Below, in pieces: positions 48,858-62,519 of a stretch of DNA of 64,000 nt (its first letter is position 1; the number at the start of each line of letters is the position of its first letter). The notes beneath the pieces are model-generated. The model was not told the origin of the DNA, searched no databases, and worked only from the letters and a program-made list of their open reading frames with translations. The DNA comes from Podarcis bocagei (taxonomy: Eukaryota). The translations under genes were made by a program, and so were the position numbers. The stretch lies in the NCBI GenBank assembly GCA_964188305.1, contig OZ076886.1; one strand, given 5' to 3'.

Positions 48858-51800
48858 ATTATTACTCTGTGTTGCAGATGCATATCAAGGGATGCTGAAC
48901 AATGCTGAACAATTGACAGAGGTGAGATATAAAACAGGGTTCTGAGGTCAAACTCTTAGCCTCAAGCCAACACTAATTCTAATTAAGGCCATTAATGAAA
49001 GTGATGTGGTCCAAAAGGTAGACAAATATGCACATTTTTACCCAATTTACAAATATGGAGCGCAATCCAGCCTTCAAGTCCAAAGGGGTGAAAGCCTCTA
49101 TTTTGTCATGTTGCTTACGTATTGGCATGGGAGAGCCTGGCAGGAAAAGTGGAAAGAGGCAGCCAAACCACATGGGGTCTATCTGGTGCAGGACTGGATC
49201 ACAAGATCAACTGTTCTGCTTGTGCAGCTCCCTCATCCTCTTTCCAGAATCCTGCACCCCACCAGCAGGCATTCAGGTGGCTCCTATGGAGCTGTATGGA
49301 GATAGCATAGCATACATATTTGAACCCCACTGGACCTGTGTGCACATGATGATGCTCTCCGTGTACAGAAAAGCAGGGGCTAGTTCTGGTGAAAAGATCT
49401 AGCCACTTTTGTGGCATGTGCTTTTGTGACTGTTTGAGGAAGACATGTGTTTCAAGGGCCAAATTGCATCACTAGGGGGTGGGGTCTTACATTCAACCCA
49501 TGCTTCCTATCCAGCCTTTGGACAAGCAGCTGTCAGAATACTCTACTGTTTGCCCATGTCCCAGTTTAACTGCCTGCCATTTGTGGCCATGAAACCAATG
49601 GGCAGGTGGGTGGGATGTTCCGATGACCACTTTGCCATGCTTCAAAAATGAGCTGACAAGGTTAAGCCCGCAGAAACCGAATACAAGTCTGACATACAGC
49701 CTTGTGAATTGATCTTGAGGTTGGTTTTAGGGAGCACCTAGATAAAAACAAGAAATTGTGTTGTCTAATTTGAGTATATTTATAGCGACCACCATAGCGG
49801 TAATCCAGGAATCTTTGAGATATCCACTTATGCAATGATGTTAAGCTAGCATTTGCTATTGCACTAAAATTTCTCATACATACACACTCAGATCGCTTCA
49901 CTTTCTCCCCCCCCCCCCGGCGCAAGCACATTCTGCTCCCACTGTCGGGAATAGTAGGCAAGGGCGCTCAGCACCTCCCAAGGCTGGTCTCTAAGTACCA
50001 TGCCCGTTTGATGTTCTGGACAAAGGGATTATGTTCTATTTGTTAAGGTGTCTAAGATGATTGAAGCACATCACAGAATTCAAAGAAGATTATTCTGAAT
50101 GAGCCATTCTTCAAAGGATTCCATTTTCTAATCAGTTGGTTCTGAGGATTACATCCCCCACCCCACCCTCTTGCTTCTTACTTCTTCTAAATGCTCCCTG
50201 TGACACACATGACCTCGCCTGTTTGTTAAACTACAAATTCCTAAAGAGGAATTATGTAGAAACTGGCTGTTCTGAAAAAGCATCAACCCCAACCCCCCAA
50301 CCCCCGATAGCAACTTGTCAGATTGAAGATTGCATCCCAGTTCTGGTTAAGTAAGAGCACAATTCATTTCCAAGCCCAAGACACTGAAAATAGAGACAGG
50401 GAGAATAAGATAAATAACTGCTTATTCGATTTGGGTAAAACAGATGAAACCAATCAAGCATGATGCCTTGATGCAATGATAAAAGCCTTGTGCTTTTATG
50501 CAGCTCAGCCATGTGTAGAGTTAGGAAGTTTCTCAAGAAGGAGAGAAAAAAGAAGTCAGATCTATGTTTTGGTAACTTTCATCCTATCTGCATAGCCCCC
50601 ATGGCAGCTTACATGACCCACATGTTGCAAGGGAGTCAGTGGTCGGAGAGATAGTTTTGATGTTATGAATACTTTTATTTGCAACACAGGAATTGAGATG
50701 CAAAGGGGGCACTTGCCTTTTCCCCCAGTGCAGATTCTTAGTACAATTTTGCAATTACACTACAAAGGCGAGTTTAACAGTTATGATTAAATACAGGAGA
50801 TCGAGCCTAAATGAGTACCACATTGGTAGGAAGAGGCTTTGACCAATATTTCGAGCAATCTGATTTCACTTTGGGCTTAGATTCCAGCCTAAAGAGAGAC
50901 AGGGAGAAATGCAACACAACACTGCAGATTGTATCTCATTTTTTTAGTAGTGGTGCAATGGGAGAAAATGATAAATTATTGGCTGCTTTCATAAGCAACT
51001 CAAGCGGTCTCATCTTTTAGTGGATTTTATTCTCGTCTTTCTCTTTTCAAAGATGTATTGCCCCCAAAGGCAAATATGTGATCATTTACAGATTTGGTCA
51101 TGTCCTGCTCTGTCTTCTACCACATTTGGCTGTGAAGTATTTGGCTCTTCGCTTTCACAGTATGGGCACTCGCTTATTAGGGATGCAATCCAAAATCACT
51201 TCTGAAAGAGTACAGATGGGCATATGGAATTTGGGTTGGGCATACTCCAAGAGTAAGCGCTGTGTGGAGTGTAGTTCACTGTCATGGTGATAGCAATTCT
51301 CATACCCACCACCCACCAGGTGCCTCATTCATTCCTATAGAGAGAGTAAATCAAGCACACACAAAGAAATAGGCACATGAAGCTGTTCTCTCAGCTGAAG
51401 TAAATGAGGCAGCAGTACCCAAACACACACGCATGTGATATGCAAATACCTCTGAGTGGTCTCAAGACTAGAGTGTGCATGCCACTTATAGAGAATATCC
51501 TCCCTTTAAAAATAATAATATTGAGTTATAGAGTTATGGAACAACTTTAGGAGATGGTCTATCTCATCTTTGTGTGGTCCGGGATGCTAGACAATCAGCC
51601 TCCTATGGGTGGGAGTCATCTCACACTGCAAGACCCCTCCCTCCATCAATAGCCATTCGGTCAGCCTACAGCAAAGAGAGAGCAGGGATGCAGAGGAACG
51701 AACATCTCTGCTGAGAAGCCAGCTCCATCAGGCTCCTCCATCAGCTGTCACCTGCTCCAGTGAAAGCAGGAATAGAAGGAAAATAGAGCACCTCACTCAG

Positions 51801-54080
51801 CAGGTTATGGCTGCTCCTCTCATTGAACTGTTTTCCATTCTTGGTGTTTGTTAAAATAACTTTGTGACTAAGCATCTGTGCATGAGTTTGCTTTTTTTTC
51901 TCCTTCCTCCCTCCTAATCCCCTTTTCCTTTTGCATCGTGTCTTTGATCCAGCACTGGGCCACAGGCCAAGAAATGGCCGCCTTGGGAACCACCGTGTGA
52001 GGAGGTACCGGCAATTGACTCATGCCTCCGTGAGTATGTGCAGGAAGCTTCTCCAGCAAAAACCAGCGTCAGGCTGGAGGGCACAGCTTCTCTTTCAGTG
52101 TACAGGGAAAAAGCAGAAACGCTGAGAGGGAGGTGTGGGCTTGTGTGAGAAAGGGAAGGAAGTGCAGGGAGGCAGAGGTGGCTGCAGGAAAAAGCCCCGC
52201 AGCATTTGATGCTGACTACTGGAACACAGACAGACAGGCAAGGAAGGAGCGGCTTCCTCTACCTCAACACTGCAGATGACCAAAACACTGATAGGTGAAG
52301 ATGGCAACCTCATTTCCTAAAAGCCAAAGGGAGGGTGGTATTGAGGGAAGGAGCACTAGTACTGTCTGTGGTAATTCTGTACAGGGGTGAGCCTCGGAGA
52401 AGGAAAGGAAGGAACTTAAGCACAGGAATCTAGGCGAAGCCTATAGAGGTGTCCTATGATGAGCCAGGCTCCTACGTTCTGAGAACAAAGGGCTCACCAA
52501 GGCTTACTCTAAGGAAGAGTGGCCTGGCATTCTGAAGAACCTCAAGCAAGGTGGGTTAGAGACATGGCCAGCCCGCTGTGCCGTGTACCACAGAGATTCG
52601 GCTCAGGCTCTATGTGCATATGTGGATGCCATTACGATCTGCCCACCATGTCAGGGCCCCACAGCCTGCATTTTCTCCTGAGCTATAACGCTGATATTAA
52701 AGTCCTGGAGATTCTGGTTTTGATGTTTGCAGTTCCGCTGGGAAATAAATCCTATTATGCCTTCTTCCAAAGTCTTCTAGTGACCTGAGTTTTCTGGATT
52801 TTCTCTCATGTCTCTCTATATAATAGGATTGTTCATTTACATTATGTTACACAGTTTTAATAAGTAGGTTTCTTTTTTTTTATGTCCGTTTCTGTGATGA
52901 CTTCCAGTTCTTGGCTATAATATAATCATCTCGCAGCAGCAATCATATATTTTACCAAATCCATATGAGCCGGAGACACTGATTCTTTTAACAAACTCAA
53001 GTGACAGATAAAAAGCAACTGGGCCAATCTTTATGTAATAACATGTACAATAATATCTTAACACCAGTTCCCAAAAATTCTGTAACTTTAGTATAGGACC
53101 ACCACATATGATAAATCCATAGAGACCTGCCCACATATCCACTCATATTTCTACATAATCTTCATTCTGAGAGGTGTGAGGTAGATGGCGCCCATCTAAA
53201 ATCTTTGAACAGGTTGATTGCTTTGGCTCTTGCATATTAAATGGTTCTCTGTTCATCCGCAAACAAATCTGGATATGTTCTTGGCAAAGTTAAGCTTTAA
53301 TGTCCCATCAATTTTACACAGAGGGTCAAATTTTCTCATTGAAATCTGTGAAACTTACACTCGCTTAACTTTGGCTGGACCATGTCCTTTAGTTTGGACC
53401 TGTTCCCATTTATGTTTAATGGGTTTGTGCTCAATTCACAACCAACTCAAGCTCCACAGGTTTCATTTGGATTTCAACACATCTAAAGTTCTCTGGGCTC
53501 AGTAAAAACTTAGCTGACATAATGACTTCTAATTAATTTTGCCATATATTTATTTTTAGTTGGGGTGGTACTTGCATCTTTTGTTGTATTTATTTATGTT
53601 TCTTGGTTGGTTTTAAATTGTATTTGTATTTTGCATTAGTTGGGGTAATCATATCACACACTTCTGCAATCTTTTGCTGAATGGCTGTTAACATTAGGGT
53701 GTGGAAAATAAGATCCTCTACCCCACAATGTTTAGCAAATGCTGTCAAGGGACCATCTCCAGGAAAACTTCATCATAGAGGTAAGTGGGATGCAAGAATT
53801 GCAAAGTACAGAGTCAGTGACATTTTAAAAATAGAAAAGGAACAACCATTACAGAGTTTGTAAGCAACAAAGAGAGCTGTGTGAATGGCATTGAACACCT
53901 TGAAAAAGTGAGATGCTAGATAAAACAGCAGCTTGCCACAGTTGATTTTGTAAAGAATAGAAAGGAAACTTCTATCGTTTATGGTGGAATATCCTAAGGC
54001 ATAAGGATTCTGGAGTATGATGGTTGAAGTTACAAATGAAAATTTCTGGTGTATGGTATACCCACCAAATACAAGACATA

Positions 54081-54438
54081 CCGTATTGGCCCGAATATAA
54101 GCCACATCCAAATATAAGCCACACCTTTAAAATTGCAGGGGGGGGGGTATTTGAATATAAGCTGCTCTATTCCTCGCTGCTCCTGGCTGCATACTGAGGG
54201 GGGGGGAGCAGTGCTGCATTTCTGGAGGCCTTTCCCCTTCCTCACTCTCTCCCTTCCTGACCTTTGGGGGAGAAGATAGGGGACTATGCATGGGGCAGGC
54301 GCTGCTTTGCTGAGCTCCTGGCACTGTTTGGCCCACGTTCCTGGCTGCATACTGTAAGGTCGCGAATATAAGCTGCACCTTAACTTTTCATGGTCAGAAA
54401 TTGGGGGGAAAGTGATGCTTATATTCAGGCCAATACGG
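54081..54438. mobile_element. Tc1/mariner-superfamily MITE
   Basis: 22-bp TIR ccgtattggcc(c/t)gaatataagc, TA flanks, repeated subterminal aatataagc motifs. Confidence 0.85.
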
Positions 54439-57400
54439 TAGGTGTGTTGTATACATACCTTCAGGAATGGTGGAAGTGGTAGGGCAGTGCTGCAGAGGTG
54501 CCACCTTCCTGAATGATGTGGCAGGATGGCAGGAAGGGACCTCGACCCCTAGGAGTTAGATCCTATGCACTTTACTATCAAATTACCCATTTTGCATGTT
54601 ATAATATCTGGGGGGTTTCCCCCATAATTATCTCTACTGATGTTTGAAATCTATACCTGTCCCTATGCATCTCACACAACTTTTGTTCAAAGACATATTA
54701 CCAAATGGTAAACTGTCTTTTTAAAAAAATCTGCCACCTGTAGTAAAATCTTAGGTTTCATTTCAGTTTAGTTTGTAACTGGAAAATGCCCTATACCCTT
54801 ACTGCTACCACTGTAGCAAATAGAGGTTATTGTGATAGGCAACTAACAATGCAATCCTAGTCAATTTTACTCAGAAGGCTATTTAAACGAATTCATGGAT
54901 AAGCCAAATATGAGCCCGATTATTAGCAGCTAGAATGTTTGCTGCTGCCAAACAGAAGACAGATAATAAATTATCCTCAATGATGGAGTGGCTATATAAA
55001 ATGTGGAGTGTAGCCAAAATTGTTTATAAAAGAGATAATTTTTAATATGACATAGAGTCCTTTCATACAATATTGGTTGGTATACCATAAATCAACGAAG
55101 CTAGGGTTTTTTACCATATAGATGGCATGATTTTTTAAAATTATTTTGTATGCTACTATATGTTTTGTAGGTCTTTGTATTATTACATTTTTTTATTGTT
55201 ATTGTATGAGGGCATCACCCACGTTTAGGAGATTTTGTTTGTATTTTATTAAATATTAATAGATTTTTGTTTCATTTTTATTGTTGTTAATTAAAGTATG
55301 GGGAGACTGTGTGCCCTGATTTAGGCCTCTTGTCAAGCAAAGTTGCAATTCTAACTCCACTTACATGGGAGTAAGCCCCATTGGATTCAATTGGACTTAC
55401 TTTGGAGTAGTCATGGTTAGGATTGCAGTCTAATAGTCCAGTTTACTAAGGGCCCTCTATAAACGAGTGACTTGAAACACCTGGAGGTTGTTTCCCCCTG
55501 TTGTGTTTCAAGTTGCATTATTATGTTGCGGTGCAAATCAGTTGATCAGATCAAATTGAAGGAGGCTTGTCAGTCTGGTCCTGTTGGATTCAAGAAACCA
55601 AGAGTCGGAGGATTCCATTATCACACTACACCTGCATTTAACAGAGAATCTTGCTGGCAACTAAACTGATCCATCAATCGCAGGCACAGTTTGCGTTGCC
55701 ACAAGCCACTTGCTGCTCAACTCATATGAGGAAGCACCGGTGTACAAAGTCAAGGTTTTGGTTTGCTATCAAGGATCCACATTTCTCATCCACCATGTGC
55801 ATAGATTCCTCAGTCTGCTTTGTGTTGCTTTGCATTCCCTGTGAACATCCTATTGATGGGTGGGATTTCAAATCCATTTGATGCTTGGGAAATTGGACAA
55901 AGCAATTCTCAATGCCAATTCTGCAGGCTGATTGCTGTTCCCTCTTTGTTCTCTCCACGTGACCCATAATGTGAGCCTTCCCCAATCGAGTGCCCTCCAA
56001 GTGTTTTGGACTGCCTGAGGTTGATGGGAGTTGGAGTCCAGCAACACCTGGAGGGCTCCACGTTGCTTACTCTGGCAGCTCTCCAGAGTTTCATGCAGAT
56101 GTTTTTCCCATTTCTCCCTGGAGATTGCAGGGATTGAACCAGGGACCTTTTGAATGCAAGGGATGTGCTTTGCTCCTGAGTCAAGGCCGGTCCTATCATT
56201 AGACCAACTTGGCAACTGCCTTGGGTCCAGACTTCAGAGTGGCACATCACTGACCTTGGGGGGGGGCACAGTTTTATATAGTTTTTGTTATAGCTTATAA
56301 ATTTCTGACAGATGGATGCCAACGGCCTTGTATGTCTGATCTTTTACTTTTATATTTTGAAGAAATTTATCATGTTTGAAGGATTTCATGCAACAGAATT
56401 GCTAACAATTTTTGCAGGGGCATGCAAGAAGTTAACCTTGCGTAGGGAGCAAAATAACCTGGCAGAGCCTAGGCTCGAATTGCAAGGTGTCTTCCCACTC
56501 ATAAAAATAAGTAACATTTAAAAACCAAAGACAGCACACAGGCAATATGTCTTCCGGCTGCAGGGTATTTTAATCAGCATTGCCTTTCCGCTGGTGCAAA
56601 CATTCAGATCGCTTGTAGTTAAACCCAGGAAAATCAGTCCTCTGTCAGGCCAGATCTCAGTTCCCCCTCTTTAATAAAAACCAGTGGAAAACAAAAGCAG
56701 CAGAAACCTGAGTGCCTTGCAGCCTGGTTTTTGTTTTTTTTTTACCCTTTCTCCTCCGCCCTCTTTTGCCTCCCCAGCTGTTTTAATGGCTAGGGAACAG
56801 GAGAGGGGGAAAGCTTCCAAACATTGCAGGAGGAGGACACCTTGAATTGCTTCTTTTTTGGGGGGGGGGTTATTAGATGCATTTTCCTCTGCGTCCTCAT
56901 GCTTTCGAAAGACACCTCTTGTTCACAGCAACCATCCTTTCTTCCAGTGTTTGTTTTTAACCCTAAAAGAGGAACTCCAGAGGCCCAGAGGATGCAGCCT
57001 GTGCTTTGATTTCCTTAATACCTGCGCCTGCCTGCCTGCCTGCCTGTTGATGACCTCCCCCTCTGGAGGCGGTTCCCTTTGCCCAAAGACATTGGTCAAT
57101 TACACCCTGAGAAACATCCAGGCAAACAACTTGAGGGACCCTTCCTGGGTTTCTTTCAGGCAGGCTAGCTTGTTTTACTGCGCTGCCCCCTCCCCCGCTT
57201 TACAGTTTTCTGCTATTCTTTACTAATGCCAGTGATTTGAGAAATGACCTTTAACCTGTGCAGTTTGCAGACTCCTAAAAGGGGATCATTGAAATGCCAC
57301 AGTAAACCAAAGGCAATAAAATATTTACTAGGCATAAAACCCAGTTGCTCTTCCTTTAAAAGAAAGAAAGAAAGAAACAAAGAAAGGAAGACTACTCTGT

Positions 57401-57739
57401 CTCTCTCTCTTTTTTCTGGAACCGGGCGTCTGCAGAGAGCTGTAATTTATCCATTCTTGATCATGATTTCTGCTGAATGAATCAAAGTCCAGGTTAATAT
57501 GGGGCCTGATTTATTTACCATGTAACTCGTACCGAGGGGAATCTTTCCATCCAGTAATAGAAGATTCATAGAGACAGGGTGAGTCTCTGCAAATGTTTCT
57601 GCTCCCCCAGAATTACACACTGGGATTCAATATTTCTCAAACACAAGTGTCTGCATGTGCCAGGCACACCATTCATTGCAAGCGGTGTGTGTGTTTCAAA
57701 TAAAAGCTGCTGATTCTTCAGGAACCATTCACATCTGCT

Positions 57740-57950
57740 TATTTTTATTTATTTATTTACTTGTGGCATTTATAGCCCATCTTTCTTTGCCAAGCAGCTC
57801 AAGGTGGCATATATGGTTCTCGCCCTTCTCATTTGATCCCCACAACAACCTTGTGGGGTAGGTTAAAATGAGACACAGTGACTGGCCCAAGGTTACCCAG
57901 CGAGTTTCATGGCCAAGCAGAGATTTCAACCTTGGTCGTATTCTAACACT
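57740..57950 (-). mobile_element. old tRNA-derived core SINE
   Basis: Core cacaacaaccttgtggggtagg...agtgactggcccaaggttacccag with (TTTA)n at the left end. Confidence 0.6.
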
Positions 57951-58065
57951 CCAACTGCAATTGTTTGTAGAATGTTTTTCTACCCCACCCAGACTAGTAG
58001 GGTGAATGCATGCAAGGAGGACAACAGTAGGTGGCAACAAAGTCAATAAGAGACAGAGCCTACTA

Positions 58066-58421
58066 CTGTATTTTTCTGTGTATAAGACTCTGTTTTTTGC
58101 TACATTTTTAAGGGCAAAAATGGGGGGGGTCATCTTATACATGGATAGTGAATGCAGAGGCGGTCAGGTGAGCGGTGTTGGTGAATGATTTGCTGTGGTG
58201 GCGAGTGGTCAGGGGGACAATTTGATTCAGCGGTGAGCGGGCAGGTGGGCAATTTGGTGCTGAGGTGAGTGGCCGGGGGGATGATTTGCTGTGGCGTCGG
58301 GCAGGCAATTTGCCGTGGCTGTGAGTGGACGGGTGGACGGCAACCTTTCTCAAGAAAGCTCAACAACTCAAGAAATACTGATTTCTTAATTCTGGGGTTA
58401 TCTTATACATGCAAAATATGG
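58066..58421. mobile_element. Tc1/mariner-superfamily MITE (degenerate)
   Basis: Imperfect TIR ctgtatttttctgtgtataaga / tcttatacatgcaaaatatgg, TA flanks, internal short repeats. Confidence 0.7.
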
Positions 58422-59364
58422 TAATTATAGTTTTGTCCCCATCCACTTCTCTGTGGAATTCTACAAGGCATCACTGAGACCAATGAGGAGGAGGAAGAGG
58501 AGGAGGATAGCAAGGAGGCAGGCAGCTGGGGGCTGTCTGAGGGCAGATTGAGGCTGGGGGGGACAATGCCGCATTTGCCCTGAGCAGCCACTGGTTCAGA
58601 TATAGGACTGCTTCCATCTGTTTTCCCATGGAAAACAGAAGATGATGTGAAGCCCTCAGTTTTTGTCTTAGTCTTGCTTTGGTTCTGTGTGTTTTGCATC
58701 AGATCTATATGTATTTACATCAGGTTGGCAACGCTGTCAGCACCCTTTTTTCTCAAACCGGCACCCTTCAGATGTTTTGGGCCACAACTCCATGGCCATG
58801 CTGTCTGGGGCTGATGGGAACTCAAGTCCAATATCTGGATAGGAAAAGGCGGGTTTACTCTGACTGGCAGTTTTCCAGGGTCTCAGGTAGAGGCCTTTCC
58901 CATCTACCTTTTAACAGGAGGTGCCAAGGAGTGAACCTGGACTCTTCCGCCTGCAGAAGAGGTGGCCTACTCATGAGCAAGTGGCAAATTTCTGCTGAGC
59001 CAAATGGCTCTAGATTAAATCAAGTTCAGCAGTAGTTCCATTCATTTTCATGGCAGAAGTAAGTGAGCACTTTTCACTCTCCCACTGAATTTGGTGGGAC
59101 TTGGGTAGTTCATTCATACATATCACATGAATGAGCCACTGGATCATGCACTAGTGGTTTGCTTACACATGGCCATCACTACTTGATTTCTCATCTCCGG
59201 GTGATGGGTGGCTGCATCTGTGTGACCTGCCTCCACCTGACACTCCTCCTTGTGTTTTCTGCTGACGGGAAGGTGTGTGGCGTTTGATCCTTGAGGACTC
59301 ACACGAGGGTAATCCCTTGTGCATGTGTGAACCAGGCCTCAGATACACCCTCCCATAAATACAA

Positions 59365-59514
59365 GGTAACTCAGCTGGTAGAGTATGAGACTTAATCTCA
59401 GGGTCTTGGGCACCAGCCCACGTTGGGCATCAAGATTCCTGTGATGCAGTGGGTTGGAGTGGACTGCATGACCCTTGTGGTTCCTTCCAACTCTACTATT
59501 CTATGAGTCTATGA
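59365..59514 (+). mobile_element. tRNA(Lys)-derived SINE with CR1-derived tail
   Basis: Head resembles tRNA-Lys (ctcagctggtagag...cttaatctcagggtc...ccacgttgggc); tail cccttgtggttccttccaactcta...ttctatga matches the 3' end of the CR1 in this window. Confidence 0.75.
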
Positions 59515-59599
59515 AGATTGAGAAGACGAGAAACCAACAATGACAGGGCTATGATTTAGAAGGAGGCCTCTGGCGCCTCTGGCAAAGGGCCCATTCTTT

Positions 59600-60102
59600 C
59601 ATGGGTATAGCCAGGATTGGGGGGGGGGGGGGTTTAGGAAATCAAAGTTGTTGAGCTTTTCTGGGGAAATCAGCGGTATAAATAGGACATTGCTGAGGGG
59701 GGGGTCAGGCTTCTGCTGGGGGGGGACACAGAACCTCAGATAACTGAATATTTTTAATGCTTTTCAATAATATTTGTGGATCTGGGGGGACTACCCCCCT
59801 ACAGTGGTGAAGCTGTATGTTCCGCTACTGGGGGAGGGGAGCAGGCGGGGGCATGACGCGTGCCCTGGGGGCATGATGTGCATTCTGGGGGCATGGCATC
59901 CCGGGGGCGTGGTATGCGTTTTGGAGGCGTGACACACCACCTGTTGGGGCATGGCGCCTGGTGCGCGTGGGGGGGGGTGTGCGTGTCGGGGGGGCCGCCG
60001 CGATGGCACCCTACTGGAATAGTGGTGCCGGGGGCGATCCGCTCCCTCTGCACTCCCCTTCCTCTGCCAGTGCCCCCCTGCTCCCCCTTGGCTATGTCCA
60101 TG
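59600..60102. mobile_element. hAT-like MITE (outer), containing a nested MITE
   Basis: TIR catgggtatagcca / tggctatgtccatg (12/14), 8-bp flanks cattcttt / gattcttc. Confidence 0.6.
59802..60072. mobile_element. GC-rich hAT-like MITE (inner)
   Basis: Termini cagtggtgaagc / cctctgccagtg, 8-bp TSD ccccccta / cccccctg, internal repeats of gggggc(a/g)tg. Confidence 0.6.
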
Positions 60103-60109
60103 GATTCTT

Positions 60110-60585
60110 CACTTGCGCGTTATTTTCTACTTCCCACGTACCCATCCCACGTATCTTCCCGGGTGTCGCAGTGCGTGGGATTGACTGAACCTTGCTTGGC
60201 CTGGCTCTCGTTCTGTTTTTCTGCCCCGCCTTTGCTTCCTTCTCCGGTGCCGGCTGGCCAGCTTCCCTCTCTCGGTTGTCTCCCCACCCCACCCCCGAGA
60301 TGCCGCAGATCCACCTCCAAAGTGCCGGGAGAGTTTCTAAACCACACACCCCAGCAACCACGAGGAGCCATAAAAGGCCCCGAGAGCGAGCCGCTCTGGT
60401 GGTGCGGAGATCAAGGCGGGGAAGCGCTTCATTGCATCGGGAGCCTCGTCCGGAGAGGAGCAGTCTCCCGGCAGGCTGGCTGCGTCGGATCCTGCACTTG
60501 CGAGGGGGCGCAAACAGACGAGGAAGCTGTGGGGCTTCGTCGCAGACAGGCCTTTCTCCGGCAGCTTCGGTCGCCTGCATAAGCA
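60110..60585. promoter_or_regulatory. CpG-island-like segment
   Basis: High GC and dense CpG, not explained by a recognisable repeat. Confidence 0.5.
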
Positions 60586-61865
60586 TCTCCTTATGCAGCC
60601 TGTTCCTTTAAAAATCGTCTTGACTGAGTTTCCAGGAATGTATTGCAGGATCTCTAGACGGGGCAGAGGGTCTATTTTGCATGCACATGCTGCCCGGTTC
60701 AATCCCCAGCATCTTCCAGTTGGGCTGGATGTGGGGAACTCTGATGGAGAGTCATATATAAATTTAATTAATAAACAACAACAACTACTACTCTGATCAG
60801 AAGCCTTGCTATAACTTAAGAAAAGTAGTCATATACAATAAATAAAACACTAAAACTACACAACCAAACTGAACAATTTCCACATAAATCACAAGTTCTA
60901 AAATAAAGATAAAAAGCCAGCAACAACAGCAACACCCCCAAACAACGCCCCAGCCCCTTTTTACCTTTGTACCCCTGGCTAGTTAGTTACTTTCTGCACA
61001 CACTCACACAACCCTCTCTATCCTCTATCCAGGAAAGCAAGAGGCATGATAGGACACTTTCCAGTTAGGCAAAAGCATTCAAGGAGGGTGCGAAGCAAGG
61101 CTAGCTATGGGGCAGGGGTCTGAGGAAAGAGGGTGTGGCCTGGAAGAGTCCCGAGGGCCAAACAGAGAGGCTTGGAGGGCCTTATGAGCCTGATGTTTCT
61201 AATTCCTGCCTTCAACTTCTTCCTTGCAGCCAGGTCTTAGCTACCCCACTTGTCACAGTCAGGTGTCAGTCACAGAAAACAATGTTTTGGGTAATGAACA
61301 GAGTGTGTGTTTCCCACTACAAGGGAACAGAGCCTCGCAAGGTAACCTGAAGTGGAGCTTACTCTTCATGCCTCCCACAATTAAGGCAATCTGGTCCACA
61401 CTGAAGAGATGAGCAGCTGATCCTCTGGAGCACATTTCCCAGAATTGTCCCATTGTATATCTTATCTCCCAGGGGGCACAAATATCCTAAACATGTTTGC
61501 TTGGAAGTAAGCCCTGCTGATACGAATGGCCCCTGCAGACAGGGAAATGTGGTTTTGCAGGATTGTGCCTTTGTTCTGCATATATAGTTGCCGGAGGCTG
61601 AAAGCCAAGAGGGCCACAGGTAAGTCTCAGTAAATCAACAGTTCCATAACGTGAATCAATATTTTTAAATCTCCTTATCGAAGGTTGGGCTGGGCAAGGT
61701 GGGGTTGAGGTCGAGAAAGGGTAGTGTGCCTAAGTAAGTTTGTGGGTGGGTGAGAAAATTTAGCCATGTTCCTATCCACACTTCCCTGAGAGTTGGACTA
61801 ATTGAAATCAGCAGGGCTTGCTTCTGAGTACAGATAGGATCGTGCTCTTCATCCAGGTACTTTGC

Positions 61866-62090
61866 AGAACATAAACATACAAGAGCCTTGCTGGATCAGG
61901 CCAAAGGCCTATCTAGCCCAACATCCTGTTCTCACAGTGGCCAACCAGATGTCTGCAGGAAGTCCACAAGCAGGGCAAGAGTGCAACAGTATTCTCCCCA
62001 CTTATGATTCTTAGTATCTGGTGTTTAGAGGCATAAAACAAATCCATGATGGCTTGTAGCCATTGATAACTGTATCCTCCATTGATTTAT
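61866..62090 (-). mobile_element. old CR1-type 3' UTR fragment
   Basis: agaacat...agagccttgctggatcaggccaaagg...catcctgttctcacagtggccaaccagatg. Confidence 0.6.
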
Positions 62091-62134
62091 CACAGAGCTC
62101 AAAGTATATAGAGCCGTAGTTTGATGCACCTCAA

Positions 62135-62489
62135 GGGATGCAGGTGGTGCTGTGGGTTAAACCACAGAGCCTAGGGCTTGCTGATCAAGAAGGTCGGAGG
62201 TTTGAATCCCCATGACGGGGTGAGCTCCCGATGCTCGGTCCCTGCTCCTGCCAACCTAGCAGTTCAAAAGCATGGCAAAATGCAAGTAGATAAATAGGTA
62301 TCGCTCCGGCGGGAAGATAAATGGCGTTTCCGTGCACTGCTCTGGTTTGTCAGAAGCGGCTTAGTCATGCTGGCCACATGATCTGGAAGCTGTACGCCGG
62401 CTCCCTCGGCCAATAAAGCGAGATGAGCGCCGCAACCCCAGAGTCGTCCAGGACTGGACCTAACGGTCAGGGGTCCCTTTACCTTTACC
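62135..62489 (+). mobile_element. Sauria SINE, full length
   Basis: tRNA-like head, body colinear with the 36814 copy, RTE-like 3' part, (ACCTTT) tail, 12-bp TSD ttga(t/c)gcacctc at 62121-62132 and 62490-62501. Confidence 0.9.
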
Positions 62490-62519
62490 TTGACGCACCT
62501 CCTATTCCCACCAGAGTCA

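Noticed and set aside
52085-52140. gggaaaaagcagaaacgctg, resembling a NEAT1-type 3' end
   Set aside because: No paired upstream U-rich tracts and no cloverleaf downstream
59365-59430. Possible tRNA-Lys gene
   Set aside because: Degenerate T arm and anticodon arm, fused to a CR1 tail, so it is a SINE head
59860-60582. 240-aa plus-strand ORF and overlapping minus-strand ORFs
   Set aside because: They run across MITE boundaries in GC-rich, stop-poor DNA and show no recognisable domain
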